Under the pieces are notes generated by a model. The model was not told the origin of the DNA. It was given only the letters and a program-made list of their open reading frames with translations, and did no database searches. Positions 60,965-64,000 of a DNA stretch of 64,000 bases are shown here, piece by piece (positions within the stretch are counted from its first letter, which is position 1; every line of letters begins with the position of its first letter). The stretch spans positions 288,001-352,000 of the forward strand of contig CALSPG010000001.1 in NCBI GenBank assembly GCA_943788175.1, given 5' to 3'. The position numbers and the translations under genes are program-made. Source of the stretch: an uncultured bacterium. Lineage in GTDB: Bacteria > Fidelibacterota > Marinisomatia > Marinisomatales > UBA1611.

Positions 60965-60965
60965 A

Positions 60966-62492
60966 TTAATCTCCTAAATTAAACTCAATACCTTGAGCAA
61001 GGGGTAAATCAGAACCCCAATTAATTGTATTCGTTTGTCGGCGCATATACTGCTTCCAAGAATCAGAACCAGATTCACGACCGCCACCAGTTTCTTTTTC
61101 ACCTCCAAAAGCACCACCAATCTCAGCACCAGAAGTACCAATATTTATATTCGCAATACCACAGTCACTACCTACGGCAGATAGAAAAATTTCTGCATTT
61201 TTAATGTTTAATGTAAACATTGAAGAAGATAACCCTTGAGGCACATCGTTATGCATTGTTATCGCATCCGCTAGGTCATTGTATTTCATAATATAAAGGA
61301 TTGGAGTGAAGGTTTCTTTTTGAACAATACTCCATTCATTATTTGCTTCAATAATTACAGGTTCAACGAATGAACCTTCTTCTGAAATTCGATTTTCGCC
61401 ACATAAAACTTTTCCTCCCATTGATACTGCTTCTTCTATTGCTGCAAAATGATTTGAAACGGCTTTTTCATTTACTACAGGCCCCATTAAAGTGTCTTTT
61501 TTTAAGGGATCTCCAATTTTTACCTGCTTATAAGCAGACATAACTTTATCAATAAGATTATCATAAATATTTTCATGGACAATAACCCTTCGTGTACTCG
61601 TACACCTTTGACCTGCAGTACCAACAGCACCAAATACGATTGCAGGAACAACCATATTCATATCAGCTGATTCATCAACAATAATACAATTATTACCCCC
61701 TAATTCGAGTATTGTCTTTCCGAATCTAGATGAGACTACTTCGCCCACATGTTTTCCGACCTTTGTTGATCCCGTGAACGAAACTAAAGGAACTGTTTTA
61801 TTATTTATCAGGTTTTCGCCAACCGTAGAACCATTTCCAATTACCAAACTGAAGATATCAGGAACATCATTAACCTTTAAAACTTCATTACAAATATTTT
61901 GAACCGCAATTGCACAAAGAGGAGTCTCCTCAGATGGCTTCCAAATGGTTGTATTTCCACAAATAGCGGATAAGAAAGCATTCCAACTCCAAACCGCTAC
62001 TGGAAAGTTAAACGCGCTAATAACACCCACCGGTCCAATTGGATGCCATTGCTCGTACATTCTATGTTGCGGCCTTTCAGAATGCATTGTCTTACCATAA
62101 AGCATTCTTGATTGCCCTACAGCAAAGTCTGCAATATCTATCATTTCCTGAACTTCACCATCACCCTCTTGCTTTATCTTACCCATTTCAAGTGAAACAA
62201 GACTGCCTAACGGGTCTTTATAATCTCTTAAAGCTCCGGCCATCTCTCGAACAAGCTGACCACGAAGTGGCGCAGGCACTTTTCGCCATTCTTTGTAAGC
62301 ATCCTTAGACCTTTTTATAATTTCATTACAGTCATCTATGGTTGATTCATAGACAGAAGCTATAATTTCCCCAGTAGACGGATTTATAGAAGATATTTTT
62401 TTTGAACTACTACCTTTTATCCATCCATTAGGGCCAGAACATGCTCCATAATTATCTTCTTTTATATTAAGTTTTTCTAATATCGTATTCAT
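60966..62492 (-). CDS. amaB: ALDH7-type aminoadipate-semialdehyde / piperideine-6-carboxylate dehydrogenase
   Basis: [53 protein letters not shown]. Confidence 0.9.
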   Translation of the reverse strand: MNTILEKLNIKEDNYGACSGPNGWIKGSSSKKISSINPSTGEIIASVYESTIDDCNEIIKRSKDAYKEWRKVPAPLRGQLVREMAGALRDYKDPLGSLVSLEMGKIKQEGDGEVQEMIDIADFAVGQSRMLYGKTMHSERPQHRMYEQWHPIGPVGVISAFNFPVAVWSWNAFLSAICGNTTIWKPSEETPLCAIAVQNICNEVLKVNDVPDIFSLVIGNGSTVGENLINNKTVPLVSFTGSTKVGKHVGEVVSSRFGKTILELGGNNCIIVDESADMNMVVPAIVFGAVGTAGQRCTSTRRVIVHENIYDNLIDKVMSAYKQVKIGDPLKKDTLMGPVVNEKAVSNHFAAIEEAVSMGGKVLCGENRISEEGSFVEPVIIEANNEWSIVQKETFTPILYIMKYNDLADAITMHNDVPQGLSSSMFTLNIKNAEIFLSAVGSDCGIANINIGTSGAEIGGAFGGEKETGGGRESGSDSWKQYMRRQTNTINWGSDLPLAQGIEFNLGD

Positions 62493-62507
62493 TTTATCTT
62501 ACCCTAA

Positions 62508-63839
62508 TTATAGTGATGCAACTACATCTTTGACTGCGTTCGAGAGCAATTCTATTTGTTCACTTTCTATTGTTAATGCAGGAGCTAACCTTACAGTAGT
62601 TCTATGTGTTTCTTTTGCGTAAACACCTCTATCCATTAACCCAACGGAAACTTTGTGGCCATCTAAATTTTTCTCATCAAACATTTCAAAGGCTGTTAGT
62701 AGGCCTTTACCCCTAACCTCTTTTATCTTATCAGGATAGTGGTTCTGGATATCTCTAAGGTTATTCATGAGTTGTGCTCCTCTGACTTCTGCTTTTTCAG
62801 CTAAACTAGCATCAACCATGACTTTAATAGCATACGTACCAACAACAGAAGCAAGCGGATACCCACCAAACGTTGAACCTTCAGATCCAGGCGTCAACAA
62901 GCCAAGAACGTCATCTCTTCCAGCTACAAAAGAGACAGGAAGGATTCCTCCACCTGCAGCTTTACCACAGCCCATTATATCTGGAACGACACCGAATAAT
63001 TGGTGTGCGAAATTTCTACCGGTTCTACCAAAACCAGTTTGAACTTCATCCATCGATAATAAAATATTATGCTTTTTACATAGTTCAGAAACTTTAATAA
63101 AATAATCATCATCAGGTACAATTACGCCGGCTTCACCTTGAATTGGTTCAACCATATATGCGGCAATATACTCCCCTTTTTCTTCGAAGAGTCTTTGCAA
63201 TGCAACAACATCATTATAAGGTACTAATTCTATACCCGGGACAAATGGGCCAAAGTTTTCTTTAGAATCAGGATCATCTGAAAATGAAACTGCCGCTAGA
63301 GATCTACCATGGAAATTTCCAGTCGCGCCAACTATAATCGCTTCATTTGCTGGTATACCTTTTACTTCATAACCCCATCTTCTACAAATTTTAAATGAAA
63401 GTTCCCATGATTCTACTCCTGCAACTTTTGGAATAACTCTATCCATACCCGTAATCGCAGTTGCAGATAGTAAAAATGCGCTCATATATTTATGTCTAAT
63501 TGATCTCGGAACAGTCGGAAGTTTTTCTTCTTCTAAGTGTTTAATGACTGCTTTCACAATTGTCTGATTTAACTGGCCTTGATTTACCGCAGAATAACAA
63601 CATAGGCCATCAAGTATCTCTTCTTCTATATATTTAGTAATATCATCAGGATGTGGTTTTCTAGCAATTAAAGTAGAAGAATCCTTCACTTTAGAGATTA
63701 CAACATTTTCAAGAGGAGAATAATTCTGCCCGCCTTTTTCTTTTTCAATTTTTTCATGCTCATGTGGCGTTAAGTCACCGATTTTTATGCCATCGACACT
63801 CAAGTCGTCGCCATAGCCATTTATTAATACCTCTGCCAT
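62508..63839 (-). CDS. rocD: Ornithine aminotransferase-like class III aminotransferase
   Basis: YSAVNQG, RRWGYEVKG, NFHGR, FGPFVPG, EPIQGEAGV, DEVQTG, GSTFGG, AKETH. Confidence 0.85.
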   Translation of the reverse strand: MAEVLINGYGDDLSVDGIKIGDLTPHEHEKIEKEKGGQNYSPLENVVISKVKDSSTLIARKPHPDDITKYIEEEILDGLCCYSAVNQGQLNQTIVKAVIKHLEEEKLPTVPRSIRHKYMSAFLLSATAITGMDRVIPKVAGVESWELSFKICRRWGYEVKGIPANEAIIVGATGNFHGRSLAAVSFSDDPDSKENFGPFVPGIELVPYNDVVALQRLFEEKGEYIAAYMVEPIQGEAGVIVPDDDYFIKVSELCKKHNILLSMDEVQTGFGRTGRNFAHQLFGVVPDIMGCGKAAGGGILPVSFVAGRDDVLGLLTPGSEGSTFGGYPLASVVGTYAIKVMVDASLAEKAEVRGAQLMNNLRDIQNHYPDKIKEVRGKGLLTAFEMFDEKNLDGHKVSVGLMDRGVYAKETHRTTVRLAPALTIESEQIELLSNAVKDVVASL

Positions 63840-63888
63840 AAAAACTCTCTATTTTTTGTGATTTATAAAAAAAGAATCAATTAAAGGT

Positions 63889-64000
63889 TTATTCCTCTTC
63901 AATCGAGCTGTCGAGATTATCAACAGGTACTACATTACCACTATTCTCTTGACGGTAAGCCGCATAACCAAGGGTACCGACGATAATGAATAAAACCCAA
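63889..64000 (-). CDS. C-terminus of a membrane protein, partial
   Basis: WVLFIIVGTLGYAAYRQENSGNVVPVDNLDSSIEEE*. Confidence 0.45.
   Translation of the reverse strand, partial: WVLFIIVGTLGYAAYRQENSGNVVPVDNLDSSIEEE

Overview
AT-rich (roughly 30% GC by eye) bacterial chromosomal segment, most consistent with a marine FCB-group organism such as Ca. Marinimicrobia/SAR406. This is an inference from five secreted proteins ending in an 'NYPNPFNP...K(M)xxLK' FlgD/T9SS-A-like C-terminal domain, a dockerin-type tail and the housekeeping gene order. Contents: secreted GH18 and GH81 glycanases, an ABC-F gene, a leuB-leuA-leuC-leuD-cimA operon, asnB, a stand-alone trpB2, tRNA-Cys/Leu, tandem Ig-repeat lipoproteins, a block of accessory enzymes (CutC, GH30, GFA, esterase, SDR, cupin, EEP, MFS), tRNA-Arg, the thrS-infC-rpmI-rplT-pheST-zapA-folD core block, tRNA-Val, S41 protease, tmk, rsmI and a rocD-ALDH7-lat catabolic cluster. 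The ORF track misses four things. (1) A secreted selenoprotein at 45769-46605, split at an in-frame UGA in a UxxC motif with a SECIS-like hairpin, SelP-N/Prx-like and fused to the sorting CTD. (2) A 1397-bp integrase-less cassette at tRNA-Leu with a 116-bp direct repeat and five TGTACAACA arm-like boxes. (3) A Trp-Trp leader peptide before trpB2 and a Leu/Ile/Val-rich leader before the leu operon. (4) An AUA start for infC. Three zones carry clustered indels that are probably sequencing errors.
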